A stretch of DNA of 64,000 nt from Candidatus Spongiisociaceae bacterium (GTDB taxonomy: Bacteria > Actinomycetota > Acidimicrobiia > Spongiisociales > Spongiisociaceae). Position numbers and translations under genes: made by a program. The stretch lies in NCBI GenBank assembly GCA_965262915.1, contig OZ253564.1, forward strand, positions 1,184,001 to 1,248,000, read 5' to 3'. The notes beneath the pieces are model-generated. The model searched no databases, was not told the origin of the DNA, and worked only from the letters and a program-made list of their open reading frames with translations. Shown here one piece after another: positions 1-10,848 of this stretch (its first letter is position 1; every line of letters starts with the position of its first letter).

Positions 1-2
1 AT

Positions 3-143
3 CTCATCGTGCAGACCTCGCACATGCGGAACAGGCTTCCGTCGGGAACGGTTTACATCGACCTACCCCATATGGACATGGACATCTTCCACCGGCATCC
101 CGACGAGATGGCGTCTCTGGTCCGTGAGCACCTACCGGCCTGA
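3..143 (+). CDS. 3' end of a gene running in from the left edge, possibly an alpha/beta-hydrolase C-terminus
   Basis: Open frame ...VYIDLPHMDMDIFHRHPDEMASLVREHLPA* ending TGA 141-143; resembles a hydrolase C-terminal helix. Confidence 0.4.
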   Translation, partial: LIVQTSHMRNRLPSGTVYIDLPHMDMDIFHRHPDEMASLVREHLPA

Positions 144-189
144 CCCGTGGTCCGTGACCCGCGGCTCCGTGCTCTACGCGGTTCGGTAG

Positions 190-1680
190 TCAGTAGCGGA
201 TATGACCCACTGACCTCCGCAGCAGCGGCAGGCCGATGAGCATCCCTATGCCGAAGAGAACGGCGGCTATCAACATCAGGTCACCGAAGGCGTCGCCGGA
301 GGCGGACCGGATTACCGCTTCGACCTCTTCGGTCATGGCCGGATCGAAGTCCGCGAAGCGAACGCCGGAGGTGTCATAGTCCAGCGATTCCAGGGCGGCA
401 CGGGCGCGGAACTGCGTGGCGAAGGTGGCGAATGTCCCGAAGATCGCCACCGAGAACGACGCACCTACCTGCCGTACCGCACTGAGGGAGGCGGTACCTG
501 CCGACGCGAAGGTTGGCGGAACGCTGTTGACGATTGCGCTGCTCTCTATCGAGAAGTGCCACCCGAGGCCGAGACCGAAGAGGGCGAGCGGCGGGAGGAT
601 TGCCGCTGTGGAAGATGCCGAGGTGGCCACCAAGCCCAGCCAGGCCAAGGTGATGGCCATGAAGCCCATACCTGCCACTAGCGGTGCCCCGAACCCGAGG
701 CGGTCACCCGCCGCCCCGGCCAGGTAAGGACTGAAGATCATCGGCACGAACACGATGGCGAGAATCACCGCTGCGGTCCACGGGCTCATGGAAAGCAGCG
801 ACTGGAGGTAGAGGGTGATGAGGAAGAACACCCCGGCGACCGCGGTGTTGACGCACACTCCGATTCGTAGCACGGTTCCGAAGGATGAATCGGTGAACAG
901 CGCCGGGTCGACCATCGGATGATCGGAGCGGCGCTCGACGAGAACGAATACCACGACTGCTAGCAGGCCGATCACCACGCTCAGCACCACGATCGGCGAG
1001 GTGACGCCTCGGCGGCCTGCCTCGACGAAGCCGAAAGCGAGGAAAAAGAGGGCAAGGGTCGAGGTAGCGATTCCCGGATAGTCGATATTGGCCCGCCGCC
1101 TCACCCCGTCGTCGGGGACGAACCTGACCATCCCGATCGCTCCTATGACGGTGAAGAAAGCGGTCACCCAGAAGATGGCCGGCCAGGCCAGGCGTTCGAC
1201 CAGCCACCCGGCCATCAACGGGCCGGCGATCAGCGCTCCTGCCGAAAGGCTGATCCAGACTCCGACCGCCCGGCCCCGCTCGCGTTCGTCGAAGACCACG
1301 CCGATCTGGGCAAGGGCGTTCGGGAACAGCAGCGCCATGCCGAAGCCCTGGATTGCTCTTGCACCGAGCAGCAGGCCGACCGTGGGGGTGAGAGCCGCGG
1401 CGATCGTCCCGGCCAGATAGAGCCAGTAGCCGACCAGCATCGTCCGGCGCCGCCCGTAGAGGTCCCCGAGCGAAGCGCTCAGCGGCAGCAACGTGGCATT
1501 CCCGAGCGCGAACATGACGGTTATCCACTGCAGGTCCGAGATCGACCCTCCGAGGGCCCGGCCCATCGTCGGCAGCGCGACGATAACCATCGTGCCGTCG
1601 AGGTTGGGGATCCCCAGCGCCGGGAAGAGGGCTACGAGTACCCACCATCGACGGCGGTCGGGTGGGGTAGGCGGTGACAC
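190..1680 (-). CDS. MFS transporter, DHA2 (14-TM) drug/metabolite family
   Basis: LDGTMVIVALP, SLGDLYGRRR (motif A), ARAIQGFG, many TM helices; GTG start at 1680 preferred to the ORF-track extension. Confidence 0.9.
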   Translation of the reverse strand: MSPPTPPDRRRWWVLVALFPALGIPNLDGTMVIVALPTMGRALGGSISDLQWITVMFALGNATLLPLSASLGDLYGRRRTMLVGYWLYLAGTIAAALTPTVGLLLGARAIQGFGMALLFPNALAQIGVVFDERERGRAVGVWISLSAGALIAGPLMAGWLVERLAWPAIFWVTAFFTVIGAIGMVRFVPDDGVRRRANIDYPGIATSTLALFFLAFGFVEAGRRGVTSPIVVLSVVIGLLAVVVFVLVERRSDHPMVDPALFTDSSFGTVLRIGVCVNTAVAGVFFLITLYLQSLLSMSPWTAAVILAIVFVPMIFSPYLAGAAGDRLGFGAPLVAGMGFMAITLAWLGLVATSASSTAAILPPLALFGLGLGWHFSIESSAIVNSVPPTFASAGTASLSAVRQVGASFSVAIFGTFATFATQFRARAALESLDYDTSGVRFADFDPAMTEEVEAVIRSASGDAFGDLMLIAAVLFGIGMLIGLPLLRRSVGHIRY

Positions 1681-1716
1681 CTTGGCACGATAGTACCGAT
1701 TCTCCCGCGCCGACGG

Positions 1717-1799
1717 GCTAGTGGTCTGTCTGCAAAACAACTTGCCGTGTTCTGGCAGCCATCGACGCTCCTCGCGGCGTTCCGTCTCCTCGATGTACC
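1717..1799 (-). promoter_or_regulatory. Conserved upstream cassette with motif GTTTTGCAGACAGACCACTAG (copy before MFS)
   Basis: Reverse complement aligns over ~80 bp with 43310-43392 and partly with 13091-13134. Confidence 0.6.
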
Positions 1800-1865
1800 G
1801 CTGCGGGTACGCCTTCGTCGGTGGGCCTTGCGAGGAACGCCGCTGCGGGCGGATACTACGCCGCC

Positions 1866-1884
1866 GTTTCGCAGACAGACCACC
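1866..1884 (+). promoter_or_regulatory. Operator-like motif copy GTTTCGCAGACAGACCAC before the membrane-protein operon
   Basis: Matches the motif at 1717-1738, 13071-13090, 13122-13134 and 43371-43391. Confidence 0.55.
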
Positions 1885-1946
1885 GGTGCTATCTTCCCGC
1901 AGGGCCTCCGTTGATCGACGCGGGCGGTAAACGGACTGGAGGGGAC

Positions 1947-2654
1947 GTGTTCGAGTCTTACGTACTGCTCAAGACGTTGCACGTCCTGCTCATAGCCACC
2001 TGGTTGGGGATGGACTTCGGAACCTTCATCTCCTACAGGCGAATGCGGGACGCTTCCCTCTCGATCGATACCCGCAAGCAGATGTACCGGATCTTCGCCT
2101 TCATCGACATGGGCCCCCGTTCCTCCCTGGTGCTGATGCTCACCCTCGGTGTGACCCTTACCTACATGGGCGGCTGGGGGTTCGCCGGTTCCGGAGGCCG
2201 GGCCTTCGCCATAGTGACGGCCATCGTCGGGGTCTTGTGGGTGGCGGCAATGTGGCATCAATACTGGGTCCACGAGGCTCCGCCAGGTGAGCCGCGGCCG
2301 GAACTGCATGTGAGGATCCAGAAGGTGTTCCGCCCTTTCGATATATGGCTCAGGGTGGGCCTGGCCGGAGGACTGGCCATCGCCGCCATCGTGTCCCTGG
2401 CCGGTGGGGAAGGACCGATCTACGCGAACTGGCTTGCCTGGAAGCTTATTCTGTTCGCCGGCATCGTGATGTCGGGCGTCGGCATCAGGATTTTCCTGCC
2501 GGCTGTCGTCACGGCGGTCGCCGACATATTCACCAAGGGTTCGACCCCTGAGCGAGAAGCGGCTCTGACGACCGGATCCCGCAAGACCGTCTGGTTCGTG
2601 TATGCGATCTGGGTACTGATCATCGCCATCTCGTGGATCGCGATCGCCGGGTAG
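1947..2654 (+). CDS. Multi-pass membrane protein (DUF2269/CopD-like), paralogue of 32283-32945
   Basis: GGAGG RBS + GTG; LHVLLIATWLGMDFG...FIDMGPR...WLAWKLILF shared with the 32283 gene. Confidence 0.75.
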   Translation: MFESYVLLKTLHVLLIATWLGMDFGTFISYRRMRDASLSIDTRKQMYRIFAFIDMGPRSSLVLMLTLGVTLTYMGGWGFAGSGGRAFAIVTAIVGVLWVAAMWHQYWVHEAPPGEPRPELHVRIQKVFRPFDIWLRVGLAGGLAIAAIVSLAGGEGPIYANWLAWKLILFAGIVMSGVGIRIFLPAVVTAVADIFTKGSTPEREAALTTGSRKTVWFVYAIWVLIIAISWIAIAG

Positions 2655-2657
2655 CCC

Positions 2658-3086
2658 ACGGCGAGCGAGATCAAGGAACGCCTCGCCCGCGTTGTCGGAG
2701 TCTGGGAAGGCACCTACACCTCGGTGACTCCGATCGCCGATGTGGTCGAGCGGTACCAGAGCCGCCAGGAGACCAGGCTCGACGGCGAGGTTTGGCACGA
2801 GCGCATCATCTACCTGCGCGACGGTCGGGAGCCAGAGGTCTACGACTTCGCCGGTAGATTCTACGACGGCATGCTCCTCTTCGAGGACGACGACATCTCG
2901 GGTGACACCTACTTCGTCGGGGATGACATCCTCGTGCTGCCGTACACCTGGAAGTCCCGCCCGAACGAGAAGGTGGTGGAGACCGTGATCCTGGCCACGC
3001 CGTCGCACAAGGCCCGGATCTGGCAGGTCTTCGACCGCGGGGAACTGATCCGGGTGATGATCATCAGCGAGCATCTAGTGTCCTGA
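2658..3086 (+). CDS. Small beta-barrel protein (DUF3598/nitrobindin-like); ACG where ATG is expected; last codons displaced by IS630
   Basis: Frame ACG-ASEIKERLARVVGVWEGTYT...RIWQVFDRGELIRVMIISEH; removing IS630 gives ...EHLADG* overlapping the GTG at 4258. Confidence 0.6.
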   Translation, partial: TASEIKERLARVVGVWEGTYTSVTPIADVVERYQSRQETRLDGEVWHERIIYLRDGREPEVYDFAGRFYDGMLLFEDDDISGDTYFVGDDILVLPYTWKSRPNEKVVETVILATPSHKARIWQVFDRGELIRVMIISEHLVS

Positions 3087-4247
3087 TTCCTTAGTTTCTT
3101 TGCCATATGCTGCTAGAATATGCAGGTCAGTAGCAGTCAGTAGTGGGAGCAGCGTATGGAGAAGCAGCGGGGTCGTAAAGCAGTGGTTATCGAGCTGGAT
3201 GAAGAGGAACGCCAGACGCTCGAGCGGTGGATACGGCGGCGTAGCACCGCACAAGGGTTAGCGATGCGGTCTCGTATCGTGCTGGGAGCGGCCGAAGGCC
3301 GCACCAATGTGGACATCGCAGCGGAGGTGGGCTGCAGCGGGGTTACGGTCTCGAAGTGGCGGAACCGTTTCGCCCGGCGCCGTCTCGACGGCCTCTACGA
3401 CAATCCCCGCCCCGGGCCGCCCCGCCGCATCGACGACGCCAAGGTAGAAGAAGTGGTGGTCAAGACCCTCGAGGAAACACCGAGAGACGCGACGCACTGG
3501 TCGACCCGGTCCATGGCGAGGGCCGTCGGCCTGTCCCAGTCGTCGATCCTAAGAATATGGCGGGCGTTCGGTCTCAAGCCGCACCGGACCGAGCATTTCA
3601 AGATATCTCCCGACCCCCAGTTCGTGGAAAAGGTCCGCGACCTGGCGGGTTTGTACCTGAACCCGCCCGACGCGGCGGTGGTGCTGTGTGTGGACCACAA
3701 ATCCCAGATACAGGCCCTCGACCGCACCGCGCCGATCCTGCCCCTGTTGCCCGGAACCCCCCAGCGGCGCACCCACGACTACCGCCGGTACGGCACCACC
3801 AACCTCCACGCCGCGCTCGACACGGCCACCGGCCGGGTCATCACCTCCATGACACGACGCAACCGCACCCAAGAATTCCAGACGTTCCTAAACCTCATCA
3901 ACCGCGAAGTCCCACCAGAACTCGACGTCCATGTCGTGTTGGACAACGCGTCGCCCCACAAAACAGAGCCCATAGGGCGCTGGCTGCAACGCCATCCACG
4001 GTTCACGTTCCATTTCACACCCACCTACGCGTCGTGGATGAACCTCGTCGAGCGATGGTTCTCCGAACTCACCACCAAACAGATACGCCGAGGCACCCAC
4101 CGATCCGTAGCCGAACTCACCGACGCCATCAACCAATGGACCCAACACTGGAACCAAAACCCCAAACCCTTCATCTGGCACAAAACCGCCGACCAAATCT
4201 TCGACAACCTCACCAACTATCTACAACGAATCCCCGAATCAGGACAC
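3078..4247 (+). mobile_element. IS630-family insertion sequence, copy 1
   Basis: TIR GTGTCCTGATTC...GAATCAGGACAC, duplicated TA within CTAG at both ends; nearly identical to 47269-48438. Confidence 0.95.
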
Positions 4248-4250
4248 TAG
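3156..4250 (+). CDS. IS630 transposase
   Basis: HTH + DDE (CVD, VLDN, LVERWF); HFTPTYASWMN motif. Confidence 0.95.
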   Translation: MEKQRGRKAVVIELDEEERQTLERWIRRRSTAQGLAMRSRIVLGAAEGRTNVDIAAEVGCSGVTVSKWRNRFARRRLDGLYDNPRPGPPRRIDDAKVEEVVVKTLEETPRDATHWSTRSMARAVGLSQSSILRIWRAFGLKPHRTEHFKISPDPQFVEKVRDLAGLYLNPPDAAVVLCVDHKSQIQALDRTAPILPLLPGTPQRRTHDYRRYGTTNLHAALDTATGRVITSMTRRNRTQEFQTFLNLINREVPPELDVHVVLDNASPHKTEPIGRWLQRHPRFTFHFTPTYASWMNLVERWFSELTTKQIRRGTHRSVAELTDAINQWTQHWNQNPKPFIWHKTADQIFDNLTNYLQRIPESGH

Positions 4251-4257
4251 CAGATGG

Positions 4258-4830
4258 GTGACCCGTGGTCCGTTTCTCCAGCACCTGGATGGGTCGGTCC
4301 AACTAGATACCGGCCACCAAACCAAGGTGAGCCTGGTCGACGGATCGGAGAATGGCTCAATGTTTTCCGAGGTGAGGCTGGGAACGATATCGGTAGGGGA
4401 TCTGGCCCGGTCCGAGCGTTTCTATCACGATGCCTTCGGGTACGTCGGCAAAGGGAATGGTGTGCTTCGCGCCGAGGACGACGACGGTCGGGTCGGGGAG
4501 GCCTGGATGATGCCGGCCGGCATGACCGCCGGGTACTCGGTTGTGGGCCCGGCCGAATGCGAGAGTTGCCTGCTCCGCATCGTGGAGTTCGACTCTCCGG
4601 GCGAGCTCATCTGGGGGGATGTGCCGGCCGGCAAGGTCATCGGCCTGTATGCCCTCAACATCCGGCTTCCCGATATCCACACCGGCTGGGAACGGATCGT
4701 GGCCGCCGGCGGCACCGTCAAGTCTCCCCCTACCCATTGGAACCTCAGTGACGGCTCCGCCTGGGACTCCCAGATCTACGACCCGGACGGAGTCTTGATC
4801 GACGCCTGGAGCGTGGAGGGCGAGATCGCC
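4258..4830 (+). pseudogene. VOC/glyoxalase protein, N-terminal half only, truncated by a deletion
   Basis: TISVGDLARSERFYHDAFG, LRIVEFD, YALNIR, YDPDGVLID; paralogous to 13151. Confidence 0.7.
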
Positions 4831-5275
4831 GATCGGTCTGCCGACGTGGGGCGCCGACGGGGTTCGCTCCCGGGCCGGAGACGCCCCTCCTGTGTTCAGG
4901 GGTAACTCGCTCCAAGACCTGGCGGCGATGGCCGGGATCGACCCGGCCGGCCTGCTATCGACCGTTTCCGCCTACAACGCGGCGGTCGACGGTGCTCCTG
5001 ACGAGCTGGGGCGGAAGCACCTGCCGCTGCCCATCGAGAACCCGCCGTTCTACGCGGTCGAGAACCACGCCACGACGTTGCGAACTCCGGGCGGGGTTGC
5101 CGTGGACGACCGGCTCCGGGTTCTCGATGCCGAGGGTCGACCCTTCGGGGGGCTCTATGCTGCGGGCGAGGTTCTGGGCAGCGCGGTGTTCAGCGGCGGC
5201 GGGGCGGCTGCCGGGATGAGCATCACTCCCGCTACGACGTTCGGCCGGTTACTCGGATCGAGCCTGGTCTCCTAG
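4830..5275 (+). pseudogene. C-terminal fragment of an FAD-dependent oxidoreductase (flavocytochrome c/KstD-like)
   Basis: LAAMAGIDPAGL, PPFYAV, TPGGVAVD, GLYAAGE; the FAD-binding N-terminus is missing. Confidence 0.8.
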
Positions 5276-5302
5276 AGGTTCCTCTGATCACAAGGAGTTG
5301 AG

Positions 5303-6151
5303 ATGTCTCGAAACGGCCGCCGTGCCATTGACGCAGACTCGCATGTGGGTCTTGCCCTGGATACCTGGGACCGGTTCCTCGATCCGGGATTGGCGGACCA
5401 TCCTGGCCGCCCGCGGTTCGAGGAGGCCGACGGGATCCGTCCGCGTACCGGGTGATGTCCGACGAGCACTTCTATCTCATCTACGAGGAAGCTGCCCGGC
5501 TCGATGTCCCGCTGTCGATCCACGCCTTCAGCGATCCCCACGTAGAAGGACATACCCACAACTGGCCTAGGAGGGTGGTGTGAAACCCCTTCACGGCCCG
5601 TCGACCGATGACATAATGCCTGTTCAGAGGAAGACGGGCCGTTGCTCCCCACCGTTTTAGACCACCCTCCTAGGGTGGGCTCGATGCTCTGGAGCGACAT
5701 CGTCGGGTTCCCGTTCCAAGGCATGCAGGTGTTCGTCAACCTGGTTCTCGGCGGGGTTTGCGACGTGTTCCCCGATACGAGATTCGGGATCTTCGAGTCG
5801 GGCCTGGGCTGGATGCCGATGATCATCGACCGGATCCACGAACGGCAGGAGAAGTTCGGTGACCTGGTCAGGATGGCCGCTCCCGACATGGAACTCCTCC
5901 CGGAGGAATACATCCAGCGCCAGATATGGATGGGCTTCGAACCCGAGGACCCGTTCCTGCCCGAGTTCATCGAGTGCACAAAGGCCCCCGAACGTACCTT
6001 GCTCTCCATCGACTACCCCCACCTCGACTACGAGCCCGGCCAACTCGGTGGATTCCGCGCTCGTGGTGACGTGTCGGACGAGGACATCAGGCTGGCCGAG
6101 TGGGACAACTCGATCGAGTACTTCAGGTGGGAGGGGACCGCCGCCATCTAG
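5303..6151 (+). pseudogene. Amidohydrolase_2 family gene with internal deletion and MITE insertion
   Basis: AAGGAG RBS, MSRNGRRAIDADSHV; VPLSIH; FESGLGW; SIDYPH; removing the MITE restores HNWPRVGSML. Confidence 0.85.
5571..5669. mobile_element. ~99-bp MITE with CTAG target duplication
   Basis: TIR GAGGGTGGT...ACCACCCTC with CTAG on both sides; near-identical inverted copy at 32150-32247. Confidence 0.85.
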
Positions 6152-6262
6152 CCGCCTGGGTGAGCGCCGAGGAACCCCGCCATTGCCCCGCCGGTCGACG
6201 ACGACGTCATTCCAGCGGACGGGGCCGACCGTTGTTGAAAAACGGGCGTACGATGGAGACCC

Positions 6263-6661
6263 ATGCCCAAGAACCGACGAGACAACCGCCCTTCCGACCC
6301 GTGGCCCACGCTTGAAGACGCCATACGCGAGGCCACCGTCGTGGCCCGTTACGCACGTGCTTTCTACGGGGCCGACCTCAAGGCTGTATGGCTGTACGGA
6401 TCGCGCGCCCGAGGGGACAACAGACCCGACTCGGATCTTGATGTGTTGCTGGTGCGCGACCCACCGAATGGTCTCGATCCTATCCACGTCCCGAGGGAGT
6501 GGGCGGACGAACCCTTCCGGGACATGCTAGAGGAGCACATGGACGGGTACTCGGAGATGTTCACACCGATACAGATCAAATCGGTACAGCCAGACCAACT
6601 GGAAACCTGGGACACCATGTTCTTCCGCAGCGTCCGAGAAGACGGGATACGGATCGTATGA
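6263..6661 (+). CDS. Minimal nucleotidyltransferase (MNT) antitoxin
   Basis: LYGSRARGD...DSDLDVL motif. Confidence 0.88.
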   Translation: MPKNRRDNRPSDPWPTLEDAIREATVVARYARAFYGADLKAVWLYGSRARGDNRPDSDLDVLLVRDPPNGLDPIHVPREWADEPFRDMLEEHMDGYSEMFTPIQIKSVQPDQLETWDTMFFRSVREDGIRIV

Positions 6662-7077
6662 CCTATCTGGATGAAGCGTGGGGCTGGCTGGAGTATTCAG
6701 CCGATATGCTACAGGCTGCCAAAGATAACTTTAGCGTACAACAATACAGCGTGACTGTATCCCTCTCCTATTTCGCAACCTTCTATGCGGCCAAGAGCGT
6801 CATAGCCCTCTCGCGGGAGCGAGATCCCAAGACACACACCGGCGTCATTGGTCGATTCGGTGAGTTGGCCGTTCGGGATTCGGACTTTCCACGCGAGGTC
6901 GCTAGACATCTCTCCCGGCTGTCCACCCTGCGAAACAATACGGATTACGACTTCTCCTACAGAGATACCTGGAAAGCAGACAATACGGCGGAAGAACTTG
7001 AACGAGCTCGAGCCTTCGTAGAGGAAGTACACAACTGGATCAATCGGCACTTCGAGGGCGACGGGCTAGCTGGCTAG
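6658..7077 (+). CDS. HEPN-domain toxin, partner of MNT
   Basis: ATGA overlap; SYFATFYAAKS, KTHTG, LRNNTDY. Confidence 0.85.
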   Translation: MTYLDEAWGWLEYSADMLQAAKDNFSVQQYSVTVSLSYFATFYAAKSVIALSRERDPKTHTGVIGRFGELAVRDSDFPREVARHLSRLSTLRNNTDYDFSYRDTWKADNTAEELERARAFVEEVHNWINRHFEGDGLAG

Positions 7078-7199
7078 TCGTCACCGGCAGATAGCTTTCG
7101 CCATCCAGTCACGGGTACCGGGTGGGCCGCCGACCACGGGCTAATCCCGAGGATCGGCGGCTCTAGGATAGTGGAGGCCCGGGCCGGGCCCGCTAGGCG

Positions 7200-7631
7200 A
7201 AGCTCCACTCCTGCTGGCGGATGTGGTTCACCCGCAGCAGGCCCTGGTCGATGCCCGCATGGTTGATCCGGCTGGACATGTACCTGTTCTGGCCCTGGTA
7301 CAACCACACCGCCGGAGGCGCCAACATCCGGCCGTTGCCCGAGGTACAGGCTCTCAAGCAATGGGCCGACGACCTGCTGGCAAGCGGGCGAAGCTGGCGC
7401 GTTGCGTACCGGGCGGCCTTCGAATACCCCACCAGGGACCGGCTGCCGTGACTGACCCGACCCACCCTGCCGGCCACATCGGCAGTCGATCCGCTCCGGG
7501 TCTATTCCGGGGAGACGGCACGGATCAGCGATGTCATCACGGTGGCCGAATCGGAAGGCTACGTTACGCCGGAAGCCTCCCGCAGAACGGCCGAGCTGTA
7601 CAGGGCCTTCTCCGATCGTCAAGACGGATAG
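7200..7631 (+). pseudogene. C-terminal remnant of a tandem alpha/beta-hydrolase paralogue
   Basis: AWLIRLDMYLFWPWYN...AYRAAFEY.TRDRLP*LTRPTL matches the cap region of the 49580 gene; internal TGA at 7449. Confidence 0.7.
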
Positions 7632-7638
7632 GAGCACG

Positions 7639-8629
7639 ATGTCTGAACCCGGAACCGCTCTCGGAGTCTCCATATGCGGGGTCGAGAACCTGGAGCACGC
7701 GCTGGGGTACTACCGCGACCTGGTCGGCTTGGATGTCGTTGATCGGGAGCCCTGGTCCGGGAAGCAGTTCGAGGATCACTGGCACCTGCCTGCGGGGAGT
7801 TCAGCCCGGACCGCCCTGCTTGGCTTCGGTGACAGCCCCGTGGGTCGGGTGCTGCTGCTCGAGTTCGACGCTTCCCACCGCCTTCGGGTGCGACCGCACA
7901 GCGAGCGGGCCTTCTACGGGCTGTTCAACCTCAACTTCTACTGCTATGACATCCCGGCAGCGGTCGTGGAACTGAAGGAACGTGGGTACAACGTGTGGAG
8001 CGAGCCTCACCTACGACGTCTCCGCCCAGGCCGGCCAGCCCACCGAGGTCCTGAACGACGGACCCGACTGTGTGATCATCAACCTGGTGCAGCCCGCCGG
8101 GGGAGGAGGCACCGCGGTTGGTGAGATGAAGGCCTACCTCGACACGCACGGTGTCACCTCCCGCGGCTTCACCGAGGTGGCGACCTCGTCGCACAGAGTC
8201 AAGGAACGCGAGGCGGCTCTCGCGTTCCATCGAGGGGTGTTGGGCCAGGAGGTGTTCATCGACGCCACCTTGGGGTCGGAGACCAGCAACCAGCTGTGGG
8301 GCCTGCCCGACGAGGCCCGCACCAGGGCAACCTTCATGAGGGACGCCCATCCGTTCGGCAAGGTCGTGTTGAGCCAACCTCTCAACTACCGGCCCCCGGA
8401 CTTCGTCCCCCGAGCGGTGGCCCCCAACATCGGCTACCTGGCGATGGTGTTCCCTGTCTCCGATCTCGCCGCTGCACTGGACGCGGCCGATCTGGAACCC
8501 GATGGAGTCATCAACCCTCCGACCGATCTGATCATCCCAGGAGTCGGGAGCCGGACCGTGGCCGTCATTTGCGCCCCCGGAAGCGGCGCCCGCTACGAAC
8601 TCATGGAGGATGACGTTCCTCGACCCTAG
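7639..8629 (+). pseudogene. Two-domain VOC family protein, frameshift near 8008
   Basis: GVENLEHALGYYRDLVGL, GRVLLLEF, NLNFY in one frame; TYDVS...GPDCVIINLVQ...APNIGYL in the next. Confidence 0.8.
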
Positions 8630-8710
8630 ATGACGTTCCTCGATCCTATAGGTCCGCTCGGTAGTTACCCGGCTAGTTCATGGCTATGCGTATGCGGACC
8701 TACCCCTGGG

Positions 8711-8828
8711 AGGGTGCTGAAAAACATAGGAGCATCCCCGGACAAGGGGGTTCGCTCGGTAGCGCACAACTCTCTTACTAGGTGGTTTGCCACTAGCGAA
8801 CCCCGCAAGGTTCGTTCTTCGCACCCTC
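8711..8828. mobile_element. MITE-like element related to the CTAG family
   Basis: Ends GAGGGTGCTGAAAAAC / GTTCTTCGCACCCTC-CTAG; internal GGGGTTCGCT...AGCGAACCCC inverted repeat. Confidence 0.55.
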
Positions 8829-8853
8829 CTAGATCGCTACATGTACACAGGCT

Positions 8854-9144
8854 CTACGCGACTGTCGACAGACGTTCTACTTCAATGTGATGAGCGTTCC
8901 TTAGAGCCCGGGCGAGGTCGTAGGCTGCCTGGAGTCGGTACCACGTGTGGGCACCTCCACCGAATGCCTTGTCAAGCCGGATCGCCATCTCGGGCGAGAT
9001 GCCCGAACGGCCATTGACCACATCCGATAGTTGTTTACGACTGACACCTAGCTTCTTCGCCGCTTCCGTCACGCTGAGCCCCAGCGGCTCCAAGCAGTCG
9101 TGACGGACGGAGAATCCAGGATGGGGCGGATCTTTCATCGGCAT
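8854..9144 (-). CDS. higA: HigA-family XRE antitoxin
   Basis: PPHPG...[14 protein letters not shown]...ISPEMAIRL...[10 protein letters not shown]. Confidence 0.92.
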   Translation of the reverse strand: MPMKDPPHPGFSVRHDCLEPLGLSVTEAAKKLGVSRKQLSDVVNGRSGISPEMAIRLDKAFGGGAHTWYRLQAAYDLARALRNAHHIEVERLSTVA

Positions 9145-9158
9145 TGTCGCGTCCTCCT

Positions 9159-9437
9159 TCAGTGGTAGTCGACCAAGTCCACTTCAGTCGCATGTCCCCC
9201 CTCGAACCGAAACACGATGCGCCAACCGCCGGACACGCTTACGGCCCAGTACCCGGCAAGGTCCCCTTTCAGCGGATGGAGGTGGAAGCCCGGCAGATCC
9301 ATGCTCCTGACAGCGGTTGCCTCATCGAGACGCGCCAAGATCCGCTCGATCTTGGCAACGTACGCTGGCGGTATGCGACGCCGATCCCCCTTTTCGTAGA
9401 GAAGCTTCAGGCCCTTGTGGCGGAATCGGATGATCAC
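9159..9437 (-). CDS. higB: HigB/RelE-family toxin
   Basis: [11 protein letters not shown]...LHPLKGD...[15 protein letters not shown]...VDYH. Confidence 0.92.
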   Translation of the reverse strand: MIIRFRHKGLKLLYEKGDRRRIPPAYVAKIERILARLDEATAVRSMDLPGFHLHPLKGDLAGYWAVSVSGGWRIVFRFEGGHATEVDLVDYH

Positions 9438-9843
9438 TCAGGTAGTGTAACCTGTCACCTCTCAGGTGACAATACTGTCGTTGTGACTCAGCCTGTCTAC
9501 CGGAAGGGTTGGCGTGTGGCCTGTGGCGTGGATCCGCCCCAGCACAGCCCACACGTTCCGTATGGCCAACGGATCGCCATCTCGGTCGGGTAGCCTCACA
9601 TCTGAACCCTGTATCCGAATTCCGTCCCGGCGCCTGCCCACCAGAGCATGGTCTTAGGGAGTCACGGACGGGGGCGGCTTTCGTTTCACATCAGGGCAGC
9701 TTCCCGGGCACCAGAGACATAGGGGGAATACTGGGGGCTCCCCGATCTGCCCCTTCAGTCGGGCAGAGGCGCTCAGCGAACTGTTGGTGGAGCTGGCAGC
9801 AGGCAGGGCAACGCGCAGGTACGTTTCCTCTCGCGGTTGATGC

Positions 9844-10848
9844 TCAGACCGGAGGTGGTGGAGGTGTTAGCGGGGTGTAATCGGCCGCCAGCAGCGCCTT
9901 TCCGGACCGGCTCCGTAGAGCGGCCGCCACGCCCACCAGGGTTATGGTGCCCCCGCCGACATGGGTAAGGGTCACGGCTTCGCCTAGGAAGAACCACGCC
10001 ATGGCCGCTGCCAGGAAGGGGAGCGAAAGGTTCATCAGCGGCGGTACGTTGGCCGGGACCCAGCGGAGGCTCCAGGTAAGGAGGATGGCACCGATGCCGC
10101 CCGGCAGGACCACCACGCCAAGTACCTGGAGCATGTCCGGGCCGGTCACATCCCAGATGTCCTGACGGGTGGCGAGACAGAACAATGAAACGAACAGAGC
10201 GCTGACGAGGAGCATGCCCATCGTCAACGGAATGGTCTGCATGGTTCCCCGGGCCAGCTTCACGGTCACGAACTGCAGCGACCAGGAAACGACGGACAGC
10301 GCCCCCAGGGCGATGCCGAGTGGGCTTCCGTCCGGCCCCGTCGAGCCGCCGAGAATCACCACCGAGGACCCGAGGATCGCCACCAAGGTCCACAGACGGA
10401 AACGCATTCCGGGACGCTCCCCGAACAGAGGGATCGCCCACAGAGCGATGAAGACCGGATTGAGCATCGTCAGCAACGACACGTCGGCCACAGAGGTGAA
10501 CTTGACCGCAGTCATGAACATCGTGGTCGAGGCGGCGTGGAACAGGCCGGCCAGAGCAGGAATCTTCCACTCGCGGCCTCGCGGTAGGGCGAGGTCGAAG
10601 CGCCCGGCGAGCGCAACCGCGGCGAAGGTAACCACGACCCCGATCCAGGACCTCCAGAACGAGAAAACCGGGCCGGTTGTGGAAGACGCCTGCACGAAGA
10701 CCGGAGCGGTGCTGAAGGCCACCACCGATGTGCCGATCAGGATGAGAGGCCTGCGAGAGCCGAGGTTCCGCAGCTCCTTGATGGCCGCCGGGGGATTCAA
10801 CAAGCTTCTCGTACGAGCGCTGCTGGACGGGTGATCGGTCTCAGCCAC
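9844..10848 (-). CDS. DMT/EamA transporter
   Basis: Two EamA-like repeats (FWRSWIG, LNPVF, LFGER; FLGEAVT). Confidence 0.88.
   Translation of the reverse strand: MAETDHPSSSARTRSLLNPPAAIKELRNLGSRRPLILIGTSVVAFSTAPVFVQASSTTGPVFSFWRSWIGVVVTFAAVALAGRFDLALPRGREWKIPALAGLFHAASTTMFMTAVKFTSVADVSLLTMLNPVFIALWAIPLFGERPGMRFRLWTLVAILGSSVVILGGSTGPDGSPLGIALGALSVVSWSLQFVTVKLARGTMQTIPLTMGMLLVSALFVSLFCLATRQDIWDVTGPDMLQVLGVVVLPGGIGAILLTWSLRWVPANVPPLMNLSLPFLAAAMAWFFLGEAVTLTHVGGGTITLVGVAAALRSRSGKALLAADYTPLTPPPPPV

Noticed and set aside
1632-3074. Long antisense and alternative-frame ORFs (e.g. 1632-3074, 20233-21561, 21645-22886, 29128-30084, 48483-49460)
   Set aside because: Shadow ORFs of high-GC coding sequence, with no family motifs.
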